A stretch of 64,000 bases of DNA from Clostridia bacterium (GCA_017503105.1 JAFVTS010000009.1:16370-80369), one strand, 5' to 3'; positions 17,401 to 26,074 are shown, counted from the first letter of the stretch. Made by a program: numbers and translations. The notes: generated by a model not told the origin, from the sequence alone.

Positions 17401-19134
17401 CGAGGAGAATTCTGAGATGAACGGACCTGCCGCCTGCTTAACGTCTATCCTTATAACGCCGCTGCTGCTTGCCGCAAGCATTTCACCGTCGTCCTGCGAG
17501 ATCGAGCAAGCCGGAATGGAAACCGTTCCGACGTTCATAACTATCTCACCGGATACATTATTATATATGATGATTCCTGCAGCACCCATCTTTTCGGCGA
17601 TGTTTGCTTTTTCTTCAAAGGTGTTGGAGCCTCGTCTTACGAGAGCTATCTTGCCCTTTACGTCGACGGACTTGTAATCGGCGGAGCGTCCGACGCCCGG
17701 CACGGTTACGTATTCCATTTCAACAAAGGTCTTGCCATCACCGTGGGAGAGAAGAAATTCATCGACGAAATCCTTCTTCTCACCTCTTCTGTCGGAGGAT
17801 TCGTTGAAATAAACTATCTTTCCGTTATGAAGAAGGTAAGCGGTCTTTTCTCCCTCTACGGACGCAACGCTGAGAGCGCCCGCGTAAGTTGCGGGAGAGC
17901 CGATCGTTCCCGAGTCGGGGTTGGAGGTAAGTCCGAGGTTTCCGTTCTTTTCCGAGCCGTATGCGGAACTGTACGAGTTGGACGCTGCGACGATCAGGCT
18001 GATGCCCGCATCTCTTATAGCGTCGTACACGCCTGACATTTGCTCCTTCTCGGATTCCGTGGAGAAGCCGCAGGACGTTCCGATGGACAGGTTGATAACG
18101 TCAACGCCGAGCTTTACGCAATCCTCAAGCGCGGAAAGTATCCAGGACGATCTTGCCGTATCCATAACGTCGGAGAATATCTTCATCTCGACGAGCTGCG
18201 CGCTCGGCGCAACGCCCGTGATGGTATCGTCCTTGCCCGCGATTATTCCCGAAACGTGAGTTCCGTGATCGCTTCTCAAGGGGTAAACGTCCGAATCGTA
18301 ATCAGCGTAGTCGAAGGCGAAGGGGACCTTGTTACTGACGAAAACGTCGTTTGCGCTAAGACCTGCCTTGATCCTCTCAGCCGCCATATCGGACGAGCTC
18401 ATAAGGTTCTTTATATCGTCAAAGGTAAGACCGAGCTTGCTCTCTTCGACCTTAAAGTTCGAAAACGCGGAGTGGTAGTAGTCAAGACCCGTGTCAAGAA
18501 CCGCTATTACCATACCCGTTCCGTCGCAAGGAAACTCGGAGCTGTTGAAAATGCCCGTTTCGTAAACGTCCACCTTGTTTTCAACGTACTTGGTTTCGGA
18601 AACGTTGTAAACGTCGCCGAGAATGAGCTTGGCGTCAGCTCCGAGCGCGTCTTTGATCTTGTCAAAGAACTTTGCCTTTGCGGTGATCTCAAAGCCCGCA
18701 AGCAAAGAGTCGTAGCTGTCACCCTCGTCGTAAATTACGCAAGCGTCGTCAAGGCGCTCAAGCAGAGCTTCCTTTTGCTCTTCGAGCTCGAGCCTGACGG
18801 CCGCTGCTTCTTCCGTTGCAAGGAACTCTCCGAACGTCGTATCGCGCTCTTTTGAGTTGAATGCATCAAGAAGCGTTTTCGATTCGGTTCTGATTATCAA
18901 GGACACGGTTTCGTCATCGCTTATCCCCTCGGGCAGCTTTTGTACTGCCGAAGACGCGAAGAAGTCCGCCTCGTTGATGTCGAGCCCTTCCACAAGATTG
19001 ATGTACGGAGCATCGCCAAGACCGTGTACGGCGCTGTCCACCGCCGATATCGTAGGCGCCCCCACCGACGAGAAGAGAAGCGTCAGTGCCAGGAGCATAG
19101 CTATCGGCAAAATCATTTTTTTGGTTTTTTGCAT
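11473..19134 (-). CDS. Giant secreted cell-envelope subtilisin-like (S8) protease with PA domain, Ig-like domains, long BspA-type leucine-rich-repeat region, Pro/Thr linker and C-terminal TM anchor
   Basis: 2553 aa with a signal peptide (ISAVDSA). S8 triad contexts are VIAVLDTGLD, SDHGTHVSGIIAG and ISGTSMATPNVSG. PA insert KGKIALVRRGSNTFEEKANIAEKMGAAGIIIYNN. Big_2-like segments (VVFESSNEDIVSIDQNGKITAIAEGFASVTV). About 900 aa of IG..AF..C..L..V.IP repeats. PDEPVTPDEPITPDEPVTPDEPDTP linker. TM LAIVIIVIVVLTLGAVVISAAVITV followed by RKNSYRK. No LPXTG. Confidence 0.85.
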   Translation of the reverse strand: MQKTKKMILPIAMLLALTLLFSSVGAPTISAVDSAVHGLGDAPYINLVEGLDINEADFFASSAVQKLPEGISDDETVSLIIRTESKTLLDAFNSKERDTTFGEFLATEEAAAVRLELEEQKEALLERLDDACVIYDEGDSYDSLLAGFEITAKAKFFDKIKDALGADAKLILGDVYNVSETKYVENKVDVYETGIFNSSEFPCDGTGMVIAVLDTGLDYYHSAFSNFKVEESKLGLTFDDIKNLMSSSDMAAERIKAGLSANDVFVSNKVPFAFDYADYDSDVYPLRSDHGTHVSGIIAGKDDTITGVAPSAQLVEMKIFSDVMDTARSSWILSALEDCVKLGVDVINLSIGTSCGFSTESEKEQMSGVYDAIRDAGISLIVAASNSYSSAYGSEKNGNLGLTSNPDSGTIGSPATYAGALSVASVEGEKTAYLLHNGKIVYFNESSDRRGEKKDFVDEFLLSHGDGKTFVEMEYVTVPGVGRSADYKSVDVKGKIALVRRGSNTFEEKANIAEKMGAAGIIIYNNVSGEIVMNVGTVSIPACSISQDDGEMLAASSSGVIRIDVKQAAGPFISEFSSWGPSPSLELKPEVTAHGGSILSSVPGQDYDRISGTSMATPNVSGLVALLRQYLINRSPELADDPTELTARINRLLMSTADVLYSKNGLAYSPRKQGAGLTNLKNAANTGAYILTYDRLDGSVMDKSKIELGDDPSKTGVYTLKFSVDNFGDKALSYDVSTYIMTEGVSTTKTDRGETTVSQEGYLLEGAGIVITSLGGGSLNGNTLTVAAGECATVSIKITLTDENKKYLDESFKNGMYVEGFVTLDAKDEETVDLSVPYLAFYGDWTKAPLFDIDYYQTNKDELNDALDPVDKTLPDAYATRPIGGISGDYVGYLGSYYYEQEPGSKKIAADRKYVSLSNQEDAINSLRFVWAGLLRGAKKIDITITEDSTGLVVYKTTDDYVRKSYSDGGMSIYPANIDIDFSAVEHNLKNNTSYTVTLKGYLDYGDGGEETNLNNTFSFPLVTDFSAPIVSGCEFYTEYDRSAKKNRLYAKIAIYDNHYSMAACLGYAGMGTDGAGNAQATFFNFDQYFNQIYSDYNSTSYLIYELTDHIDEIKSGATNKNTFAIALYDYALNTSMYEIALPAEYTDLYFETADCKDVVQLKLGSSYAVSDIYDDLTAGTVASISGSSDVFEITGDSENGFTVTLKTDGVKDERVATLTLRLKNGSSRTLYVRCSQKSENLSPTKMLVLSPNQTYKLEPKVYPTTEWSELLNYSSSKASVAKIVGREILAVGKGVANVRATTADNKKRAEIPVLILGEGDDGYRKYDKPVVKDFVLSGYLTNKAYYFLDTEDRDIGKTGDQRKFVGTNLSLSMYPSESVTLQWSYLPYFPDTTSVVFESSNEDIVSIDQNGKITAIAEGFASVTVRIVMDGKSTYYSKNVSIEVKDPYVSNGPLLMNYYGNGGKVVIPDELCLVEIGQFAFSNYDYVPKGPEDEISEEMPEASKIWYIGDDTIEEIVIPEGVERIGMYAFANLTALKKVTLPSTLKSISNGAFYGCINLTTVEGIENVKFINQEAFANCSLSGELNLKNAVAISDRAFAKFVRGTDPESEEYKNSVIACEKQLLTKVTFGPDTQSIAAFAFSGNESLKDIYIGASKVKLGEYAFANCKNLTSTRINAAVIPEGAFYGCSKLANVVIGKDVELIGAHAFTGTNISTFSVENGNTAFAPATSVPYVLSADETELLLVSPTVEELDLSANKKITRIGNGAFMGNTTLRSVNIPSVKRVGSYAFDGCTSLSEIKLNRTLYEIGDYAFTNTKLDTLPFFVLDNKRIGDYAFAGTQISTVLIPNDVTVGDYAFAYCKNLTSIQIGIGVTVGKYAFYTDIFDPDNREEASITKDGKTYYYYTYKSPITFLYIGENATLLEGAFYGASMLEQVTLGNGAWIGDFAFYHADKLSSIDLSGAVYIGNWAFTGAYDTYYTGHDLNGNLTGNAVNSAGTDYLYIFYTPNFTSVNLSSAKHVGAEAFTYCGYVGELDRGEGGGLTSVTFGSKTDKISDGAFAYCEKLNSISFGSVTEIGNYAFYNTAVTNLSLYFVKTVGEDAFAFCGELKSVTFGTAIERIGNGAFAYCTKLASTSRLGSARYIGDTAFAYTALTSADLTSAEYVGSYAFIKNQPTEFTLILGTSLKELGDNPFTYCVIAPLSKEEDVTLGSTVSKVTVYTFELGENVRIIDGSIYRVVPRGLELVSYFGSDSTVIVADGTVRIAAGAFRGADKLRNVVLPASLKAIGHKAFFDCDALATVIFKSYIAPILEEEFDPDYVTWENIPFYFDYSANEVFGLGIRDYRHLSLFASNFFFGANFKDYIGHIENKLTMIRPINGKNYDTFIFGQYFDLVIDGALAASDVTLEAIEAINKIPERVTLDDKSVIEAARAAYDKIVGVDQIAYATEYLSILEKAEKRIAVLEKPDEPVTPDEPITPDEPVTPDEPDTPVTPPTQVPSQPSTSTKPADDTNAGENDGISTLAIVIIVIVVLTLGAVVISAAVITVSRKNSYRK
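11671..11742. repeat. 4 x 18-nt tandem repeat encoding the (T)PDEP(V/I) linker of the giant protein
   Basis: AGTGTCGGGCTCGTCGGG / GGTGACGGGCTCATCGGG / AGTGATGGGCTCATCGGG / GGTGACGGGCTCGTCGGG read directly from the plus strand. Confidence 0.8.
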
Positions 19135-19186
19135 AAATGATTCCTTTCATTTTATATATTTTATTTTTTTATATTTCGCAAACTAT

Positions 19187-19215
19187 ATTATACAATAAAA
19201 AATATATAATTACAA
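19187..19215 (-). promoter_or_regulatory. Candidate sigma70 promoter of the protease-Opp operon
   Basis: Minus strand reads TTGTAA, 17 nt, TATAAT, in the AT-rich divergent intergenic region about 50 nt upstream of the protease ATG. Confidence 0.45.
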
Positions 19216-19289
19216 GACGTATTTGTAAAATTTGTCGAAACTGTAGTATTTTAATTTGTTAAATCGCTGAAAAATGTCGCAAATACCTA

Positions 19290-19318
19290 TTGACTAAAAT
19301 AAAATAATATGATATTAT
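19290..19318 (+). promoter_or_regulatory. Candidate sigma70 promoter of the thioredoxin lipoprotein gene
   Basis: TTGACT, 17 nt, TATTAT. The gene start is 68 nt downstream. Confidence 0.5.
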
Positions 19319-19385
19319 ATACTCGTGGTTTTATACACTTTTGCGCCTTTTGGTGCAAAACAACAACATATCAAGGAGAACTAAA

Positions 19386-22300
19386 ATGAAGAAAAGCAAA
19401 TTTTTATCCCTTTGCGGACTGCTTCTTTTCGTTTGCGCGTCGCTTTTATTCGTGTCGTGCGGTGAAGAAGAAAATAACGGAGGCAATCCCGCCGAGACAC
19501 CGAGCTGCACTCACGAGTTTGGCGCTTGGACGGAAGTAAGCCCCGCATCCTGCACCGAGAGCGGTGTAAAAAAGGCGGTTTGCACCAAATGCGGCGCTGA
19601 GAAGACGGAGGCGCTGGCGGCTCTCGGTCATAGCGAAGTGACAGTCGAAGGCACGGCGCCGAGCTGCACCGCGAGCGGTCTTACCTCGGGCAAAAAGTGC
19701 TCCGTTTGCGGCGAGATAACCGAGGCGCAAGTCTCTATTCCCGCTTCGGCTCACAGTTATGAAAACGGCTCTTGCTCCGTTTGCGGCGCAAAAGACCCGA
19801 ATTACGAGACTCCCGTTGCCAGAGAAGATTATACGGTAACTGTAAAAACAGTCGGTCAAAGACCGCTTAAGACCATAGTAATTATGGTAAGAGATAAGGA
19901 GAACAGAAACGTTCTTTACGGCGGCGGAGTCACCAATGAAAACGGCGTTTTCACGGTATCTCTTGAGGTCGGCAAGGAGTACGTATTGGAGCTCTCGGGA
20001 GTACCTAAGGGATATACCGTAGACCCCGACGGCTACGACCTTTACGCAAAAGAGATCGAAATAATACTCGATTCCTTCGTTATCCCATCCGATTCCGAGA
20101 GCGATTACGCGAACGCTGCGTATAAGCGCGGCGACATTATGTACGACTTCACCTTCAAGACGATAGACGGAAGGACCGTAAAGCTTTCCGAGCTTCTCAC
20201 GACGGGCGGAAAGAAGGGCGTGCTTCTCAACTTCTGGTTCTCTACCTGCGGTCCTTGTCAGATGGAGTTCCCGCACATTCAGGCTGTTTACGAGAGATAT
20301 AAGGATGAGATAGCCATAGTGGCTATCGACCCGATAGATACCGACGCGCTCAAGGTTTCAACCTTCGTCAGCGATATGGGTCTTACCTTCGATATAGTTC
20401 ACGGCGGCCGCACTCTTACGAATGCGTTCGGAATAAACAATTACCCCACGTCCGTATTTATTGACAGATACGGAACGATAACCTTCTTTGAAGTGGGCTC
20501 TCTTCCGAGCGAGCGTCCTTTTGAGGCTCTGTTCTCGAAGGCTGTGGCTGATGATTATACTCAGGTAATCTACGGCAGCGTAGACGAACTTTTGCCTGCT
20601 GAAAAGGTCGATATTGAGATGGAATCCTCCGAGAAGGTGGGGGGCGTGTTAAATTACGGCGACATTGACGTCACTTATTATCCCGAAAAGGGAACTGCCG
20701 ACGCGGAGTTCGCCTGGCCCTTTATAATCACGGAAAAGGACGGCGTTTCGTGCCTTAAGCCTTCCAATGCGGGAAAATACGATTCTTACGCAATAATGCA
20801 CGCTGACGTAAACTTCGACCTGTCAAAGGGCGACGCTCTCGTTTTCGACTATTGGGCGTCTACCGAGTACGGCGCGGATCTTCTTTACGTCCTTGTAAAC
20901 GGCGATGACATTATCGCCATCTCCGGACCTAAGAACGAGTGGCGCACCTGCTGCGCGTACGTTGCGAAAGAGTCTGGTGTTCACACGGTCACGTTCATTT
21001 TCATCAAGGACAGCACGGATGTTTTTGATAAGGGCGTCGAGTACGACGACACGGTTTACATTAAGGATCTTCGCATCGAAAAGAGCGAAAAACTCAACAC
21101 GCCTACCTACATCCCACGCGAATGCGCTACGAATGAGAATGAATTTGGCGACGGCTATGAGAACTATGCAGAGATATTCCTCGGCTCCGACGGATACTAT
21201 CACGTTGGAAGCGCTGACGGTCCGCTCCTTCTTGCCGACCTTATGAATTATACGCTCTTCAGCGGTGAAAATTCCGTTTGGGGCTACGTTCTTGACGGTG
21301 CCGTCGTTATAGACGGAAAGAATTATTACGACGAGCTCGTTGAATACTGTAATTACGCGGCTCACTCGGATATTTCGGGACTTTGCCCCGTAAACGAGGA
21401 GCTTATGGCGCTTCTCAAAATAGTTGCTATGGCTGTCGGTGACGGTTATTACAACGAAAACGATTGGCTTGAAATGTGCAAATACTACGAGGCATACGGA
21501 ACGGCAGGCGTTCAGCTCGGGGACCCCATAAAGGGTCTTGCCCCCCACAGCGCCTTTGACACGGTCGTAAATACCGATTCCGATCCCGACGACTACTATC
21601 CCAACACGGTGGTTTACGAAAAGCTCATAATGCCTCGCGGACTTCTCTATAAGTTCGTTCCTACGCTCTCCGGAGTTTATCGCATTCAGTCAAACAGCTC
21701 TATTGAGCTCAATGCCTGGATTTTTGACGAATTCAAAAATCTCCTTGCGGAATATGACCGCATAGAGCGTTTCCCGACGGTAGATCTTAAAAATATTTGT
21801 ATGTATATGTACTTCGAGGCAGGCGTGGAGTATTACATCGATATTGCCTTCTATGAAGTAACGCAGATGGGCACGTTTACGTTTAAGGTAGAGTACGTTG
21901 ATGAGAGCTACACGATCTTCGCATCGGCTTCTGCAGGCTTCTTCACTTATGAGCTTGATGAAAACGGCGAGCTTACCGAAAAACTTATTGCAGGCGGAAT
22001 CGACGTCGCGCTTGGCGAGGACGGATACTATCATCACGTTCTTCCCGACGGGACGCTCGGAAGCATCGTTTACGCTGATTTCTCACTTTACACGAACATC
22101 TTCACGTCAAGCTCTATATACAACCCCGACCCCTCCGTAAAAACGCTTTTGAGTTCGGGCGCGTTTGATTTTTCCAAGAGCGAAAACGACCAGCACGCTA
22201 TTGCGAAGGGCTGGGATAAAATGACGGACGAGGAGCTGCTTGCCGAGTGGGGCGCCGACCTCTTCGATGAAAATTATGAGCTCTATCAGATAGAGGATCT

Positions 22301-22541
22301 CAGACGCTCCGTATATCACGGCTCGGGTGAAGATTATACCGAAAGAGTCAGGTGGTATGCCGAGAACAGGATGATCGGCAGTGACAGCACTGATGCCGAA
22401 GAGCTGTACGGCTGCGTTGCCGTAGACGCGGAGCTTGGAGAGATACTTCAGAAGCTTATGGACAAGATGACGTTTAAGGGCGTCGAAAATTCTTGGACTA
22501 AGATTTGCTATTATTATCTTACCTACGCCGCTCAGATCTGA
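19386..22541 (+). CDS. Large lipoprotein: Cys-rich N-module, carboxypeptidase-regulatory-like beta-sandwich, TlpA/ResA-like thioredoxin domain (CGPC), long unknown C-terminal region
   Basis: Start moved to ATG 19386 (MKKSKFLSL..., AAGGAG upstream). Lipobox-like FVSC. The module CTHEFGAWTEVSPASCTESGVKKAVCTKCG...GH is repeated. Thioredoxin core KGVLLNFWFSTCGPCQMEFPHIQAVYERYKDEIAIVAID. The remaining ~630 aa are unrecognised. Confidence 0.8.
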   Translation: MKKSKFLSLCGLLLFVCASLLFVSCGEEENNGGNPAETPSCTHEFGAWTEVSPASCTESGVKKAVCTKCGAEKTEALAALGHSEVTVEGTAPSCTASGLTSGKKCSVCGEITEAQVSIPASAHSYENGSCSVCGAKDPNYETPVAREDYTVTVKTVGQRPLKTIVIMVRDKENRNVLYGGGVTNENGVFTVSLEVGKEYVLELSGVPKGYTVDPDGYDLYAKEIEIILDSFVIPSDSESDYANAAYKRGDIMYDFTFKTIDGRTVKLSELLTTGGKKGVLLNFWFSTCGPCQMEFPHIQAVYERYKDEIAIVAIDPIDTDALKVSTFVSDMGLTFDIVHGGRTLTNAFGINNYPTSVFIDRYGTITFFEVGSLPSERPFEALFSKAVADDYTQVIYGSVDELLPAEKVDIEMESSEKVGGVLNYGDIDVTYYPEKGTADAEFAWPFIITEKDGVSCLKPSNAGKYDSYAIMHADVNFDLSKGDALVFDYWASTEYGADLLYVLVNGDDIIAISGPKNEWRTCCAYVAKESGVHTVTFIFIKDSTDVFDKGVEYDDTVYIKDLRIEKSEKLNTPTYIPRECATNENEFGDGYENYAEIFLGSDGYYHVGSADGPLLLADLMNYTLFSGENSVWGYVLDGAVVIDGKNYYDELVEYCNYAAHSDISGLCPVNEELMALLKIVAMAVGDGYYNENDWLEMCKYYEAYGTAGVQLGDPIKGLAPHSAFDTVVNTDSDPDDYYPNTVVYEKLIMPRGLLYKFVPTLSGVYRIQSNSSIELNAWIFDEFKNLLAEYDRIERFPTVDLKNICMYMYFEAGVEYYIDIAFYEVTQMGTFTFKVEYVDESYTIFASASAGFFTYELDENGELTEKLIAGGIDVALGEDGYYHHVLPDGTLGSIVYADFSLYTNIFTSSSIYNPDPSVKTLLSSGAFDFSKSENDQHAIAKGWDKMTDEELLAEWGADLFDENYELYQIEDLRRSVYHGSGEDYTERVRWYAENRMIGSDSTDAEELYGCVAVDAELGEILQKLMDKMTFKGVENSWTKICYYYLTYAAQI

Positions 22542-22645
22542 TCTGCGTAAAATCTACAAAAATGTAATTTATCAAAGAAAATACCGCGACGCGCCCGATC
22601 TTTTCGGTCACGTCGCGGTATAAAAGCCAAAACAGGAGAAAAATA

Positions 22646-25600
22646 ATGAAGAAGATCTTTACACTGCTCTTTACTTTAATAGGATGCGCGCTTCTTTGCT
22701 TCGGGTTTTCGTCCTGCTCCGACGATGGGGAAGAAAACACTCCCCCCGCACACACTCACGCCTTTGGCGAATGGACGGTAACGAAAAACGCCGATTGCAA
22801 GAATAACGGCGAGAAAAAGCAGACGTGCTCTTGCGGCGCAGAAAACGTTTCTCCGATTGAAAAAACTGGACATACGCCCGCCGCTCCCACCGAAGAAAAC
22901 AAACTTCCCGCAACTTGCACCGCGGACGGACAGGTGGACGAGGTCATATACTGCTCTGCTTGCGGCGACGAGCTTTCGAGAACTGCTAAAACAATAACGA
23001 AGCTTGGACACGACTTTAAGGACGGGGTATGCGAGCGTTGCTCCGCAGGGGAGGAAACTTCTTATTCCATCACCGTCGTTTCTGAAAACAAACCGATGAA
23101 GGACGTTTTTATCACGGTTTATAAAAACGGAGAACAAAAGGGCTTTTACGTGACTGACGAAAGCGGAGTGGCGTCTTTCTCTCTCCCCGCAGACGAATAT
23201 ACGTTTACCGTGATCTCTTATACGGCGGAGATTGAGTACGACGAGTCCGAGTGCGTGCTTACTCCCGAGAATACCTCCGTTACTTTGACTCTTTATTCAA
23301 AGCTGACCGAAAGCACCGAGATATTCGGAAACGTTGAAAGGGATAATACGCACGCGTATCACATCTCATCGGGCAAGCACTATAACGTCAGCTTTTCGCC
23401 TGCTGTAAAAACGTATTTCATATTCAGAGCCGAGCGCACGGGTATATATAAAATACACGTTTCCGCAGACACCGAGGTGTTCTTGGGATATTACGGCGGA
23501 CCGTATTATGTTTTGCCTGACGACATCACCGACCCCGATTGTCGAGTTGACGGCGCTACCATCCTTATCGACATAGCTCCGTCGAATATTGCGACAGACG
23601 GCGGAGAAGCTTCTCCTTACGTAATAGCAATAAAGGGCGTTTCTTCCTCGGGCAGCGGTGTTTTGCAGGTCGAGCGCATAGGAGAGCACGAGACCGAGCT
23701 TACCGACCTTCCGTGGGAAACTTACGGAGCGGACGTTTTCCCTGAGCTTTATTGTCCCGAGGAATCCAAGCTCCTCGGATATACTCTCGTTGATTTTGAC
23801 GTAACTCAGACGGGGCTTAAGATAGTCTTTAACGAAGACGACGGTCTTTACCACTTTATGACAGCGGACGGCCCCGTAGTCCTTATGAAGATCGACATAG
23901 CAACCAAGTATCTTGACGCTATCAGCGTGATGTGCGGTCCTCAGCACTTTGGGTGCTATATATTCGACGAGGACGGTGCCTTCGTATCCAAAACTACCTA
24001 TCACGAGATGATGCTGAGATATATAGAAGCGTCGAAGATAGAGGAGGGCGGTATAGGCGTTTATCCTCTTGACAAGCATCTTTACACAGCCCTGACCTCC
24101 CTTGGAAAGGCTTGGGGTTGGTGGGATCTTTCCGCATCGAGCGCCACGCATATATTCGGCGACGATAAGGAGCTTATAGCTCCCGAGAGCGCGTGGATGT
24201 TTGCGTTTTGCTATGCCGAGATTCGTCCGACGGAGCATAAGATCACTCTCGTTTCCGAGGGCGGAGATCCTATAATAGGCGCGGCTCTCTCGGTAACGGA
24301 TGACGAGGGCTTTGAGGTAGCCCGCGGCACGACCGACGGTAAAGGCGAGATAACGCTTTCGTTCCTTCATATGAACGTCGATTATTACGTCGTGCTCGAC
24401 GAGTCCCTTCTTGAAAATTATATAGCGCCCGAGGAAGACGTTCGTCTTTCGGGCGACAAACTAACGATAACGCTCACCGCCGTCACCTCTGACGGCGGTG
24501 ACGATGATTTATACGACCCCGAGGCAAAGTATGCGCTATATAATTGGAAAAACACGACCGTGACGGTGCAAATTAACGAAAACTCAAATTTTGGTGAGTA
24601 CTGCTCCTTGAACAGAAGGTTCCTTGCGGGTAACGTCGCACAGGCAGCTGACGTTGATACGCTGATTGCAAGACGGAACAAAAATATGACGGACGCTGTC
24701 AATGTGAGCGTAACGTATATTTACGTCAGCGATGCGGACGCCTCGTATATCCTCGGCTCTTCCGCCTCCCGTATTTTGGGAAGCGTGTTCTTGAACGGCG
24801 CCTCGGCTCCGGACGTGTTTTGCGACAGTATTTACGACCTTGTTTCCGCATCCCTGAACGGATGCTTTTTTAATCTTATCTCAAACGGCAGCGATAACAA
24901 TTTTTCCTTCAACGAGCTTGCATACAAAGAGCAGGACGAGTCGTTCGGATATGATGAAGAGCTGATGTCGGCTCTTTCGTTCTCGCCGAAGAAGAGGTAC
25001 GTTCTCGCGTCCGATTATTTCATAGATACCGTGGCAGGACTCAGCGTTATGCCGATGAACGTCAGCTTGTTTGAAGCCTGTGCGGACTTCGGGATAATTC
25101 CCGATTCCGACGGCAACGGAGTGACGGACGTTTCGGATTTCCACGCACTCGTTATGGCGGGAGATTGGGATCATTACGTGCTGATGCGCCTGTCGTCGGT
25201 CGCTGAGGAAAGAAGCGGTTTGGCCTCGGGCTTAGTGCTTGACTCTTCCTCTCGAAGCTGTGCATCCGCGCTGCTTTATTCATCGGGCGTAAAGATGTTT
25301 GAGCGCGTGAGTGGCACCGACGAATACAATTGCGTATTTCCCGCTGTAAACCCGGATTTTAAAGGCTTGCTTGAAGCTCTTTCCGAGCTTTCCGCTTATC
25401 GCGGCGTGACGGTGCAGGACACGGACGCCTCTTCTCTGAGAGCGCGCTTCGTATCCGACGATTTGCTCTTCGGCGGCGTCGTAACGCTCGGTTCTCTCTC
25501 ACACCTTGATTATTCCGCTAAAGCGGCTGATATCTACGTGGCGCCTTTGCCCAAGGCTTCTTCCTCCGATTCTTATTCGAGCGTGCTCGACGCGCACTCG

Positions 25601-25984
25601 CGTCTTGGCGCGATAAACAAAAAGAGCGTGCATATACCGCAGGTAACGGCGTTCCTTGATTATCAATCTACTCATTCTGCGGGAATAAAAAAGGCTTATT
25701 GCACGTACGAGCTTATCTTCGGTCTTCTGGGTGCGGGAAAAGAGAACGAAGAGGCTCTGGAGCTTATAAAAAATTCGTTTTTGCCGTCCTGCGACGCTAT
25801 ATATGACGACGCTGTTTACGCAAATGCGGAAAGCGGCGACGCCGCGGGCGAGTTCTCGTGGGTCGATATCCTTTTGAAAAACGGCTTCTCGCTCTCATAC
25901 TCCGACGCTCTGTGGAATGAAAATTCGTCGAAATACTTAGGTTGTTTGAAAAAATTGCTTAGCCGCGCTCAAGAGCTTTCGTGA
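22646..25984 (+). CDS. Large lipoprotein paralog: Cys-rich N-module, two beta-sandwich domains, unknown middle domain shared with the preceding protein, possible solute-binding-like C-terminal half
   Basis: 1112 aa. Signal with FSSC. HTHAFGEWTVTKNADCKNNGEKKQTCSCG...GH, then CTADGQVDEVIYCSACG...GH, then CERCS. YSITVVSENKPMKDVFITVY and HKITLVSEGGDPIIGAALSVTDDEG beta-sandwiches. The assignment of the C-terminal half is only a weak impression. Confidence 0.7.
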   Translation: MKKIFTLLFTLIGCALLCFGFSSCSDDGEENTPPAHTHAFGEWTVTKNADCKNNGEKKQTCSCGAENVSPIEKTGHTPAAPTEENKLPATCTADGQVDEVIYCSACGDELSRTAKTITKLGHDFKDGVCERCSAGEETSYSITVVSENKPMKDVFITVYKNGEQKGFYVTDESGVASFSLPADEYTFTVISYTAEIEYDESECVLTPENTSVTLTLYSKLTESTEIFGNVERDNTHAYHISSGKHYNVSFSPAVKTYFIFRAERTGIYKIHVSADTEVFLGYYGGPYYVLPDDITDPDCRVDGATILIDIAPSNIATDGGEASPYVIAIKGVSSSGSGVLQVERIGEHETELTDLPWETYGADVFPELYCPEESKLLGYTLVDFDVTQTGLKIVFNEDDGLYHFMTADGPVVLMKIDIATKYLDAISVMCGPQHFGCYIFDEDGAFVSKTTYHEMMLRYIEASKIEEGGIGVYPLDKHLYTALTSLGKAWGWWDLSASSATHIFGDDKELIAPESAWMFAFCYAEIRPTEHKITLVSEGGDPIIGAALSVTDDEGFEVARGTTDGKGEITLSFLHMNVDYYVVLDESLLENYIAPEEDVRLSGDKLTITLTAVTSDGGDDDLYDPEAKYALYNWKNTTVTVQINENSNFGEYCSLNRRFLAGNVAQAADVDTLIARRNKNMTDAVNVSVTYIYVSDADASYILGSSASRILGSVFLNGASAPDVFCDSIYDLVSASLNGCFFNLISNGSDNNFSFNELAYKEQDESFGYDEELMSALSFSPKKRYVLASDYFIDTVAGLSVMPMNVSLFEACADFGIIPDSDGNGVTDVSDFHALVMAGDWDHYVLMRLSSVAEERSGLASGLVLDSSSRSCASALLYSSGVKMFERVSGTDEYNCVFPAVNPDFKGLLEALSELSAYRGVTVQDTDASSLRARFVSDDLLFGGVVTLGSLSHLDYSAKAADIYVAPLPKASSSDSYSSVLDAHSRLGAINKKSVHIPQVTAFLDYQSTHSAGIKKAYCTYELIFGLLGAGKENEEALELIKNSFLPSCDAIYDDAVYANAESGDAAGEFSWVDILLKNGFSLSYSDALWNENSSKYLGCLKKLLSRAQELS

Positions 25985-26003
25985 AAATAAAACGAAAAAT
26001 ATC

Positions 26004-26032
26004 TTGAAAAAAACTTTGTGATATGATATAAT
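26004..26032 (+). promoter_or_regulatory. Candidate sigma70 promoter of the third Cys-rich lipoprotein gene
   Basis: TTGAAA, 17 nt, TATAAT, 43 nt upstream of the ATG at 26075. Confidence 0.5.
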
Positions 26033-26074
26033 AATTAGGCAAATAAAAAATGATATGAAGAAAGGAATATTTAA

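Noticed and set aside
22582-22620. Terminator between the first and second Cys-rich lipoprotein genes
   Set aside because: A good 10-bp stem (TACCGCGACG/CGTCGCGGTA) is present. However, the T run lies on the minus strand, while both flanking genes are on the plus strand. It may be an mRNA-stabilising or processing hairpin. I do not call it a terminator.
19446-24370. Several long minus-strand ORFs (19446-20276, 20823-21548, 23366-24370)
   Set aside because: They are antisense to the lipoprotein genes, which have signal peptides, RBSs and recognisable domains. The antisense products show no motifs.
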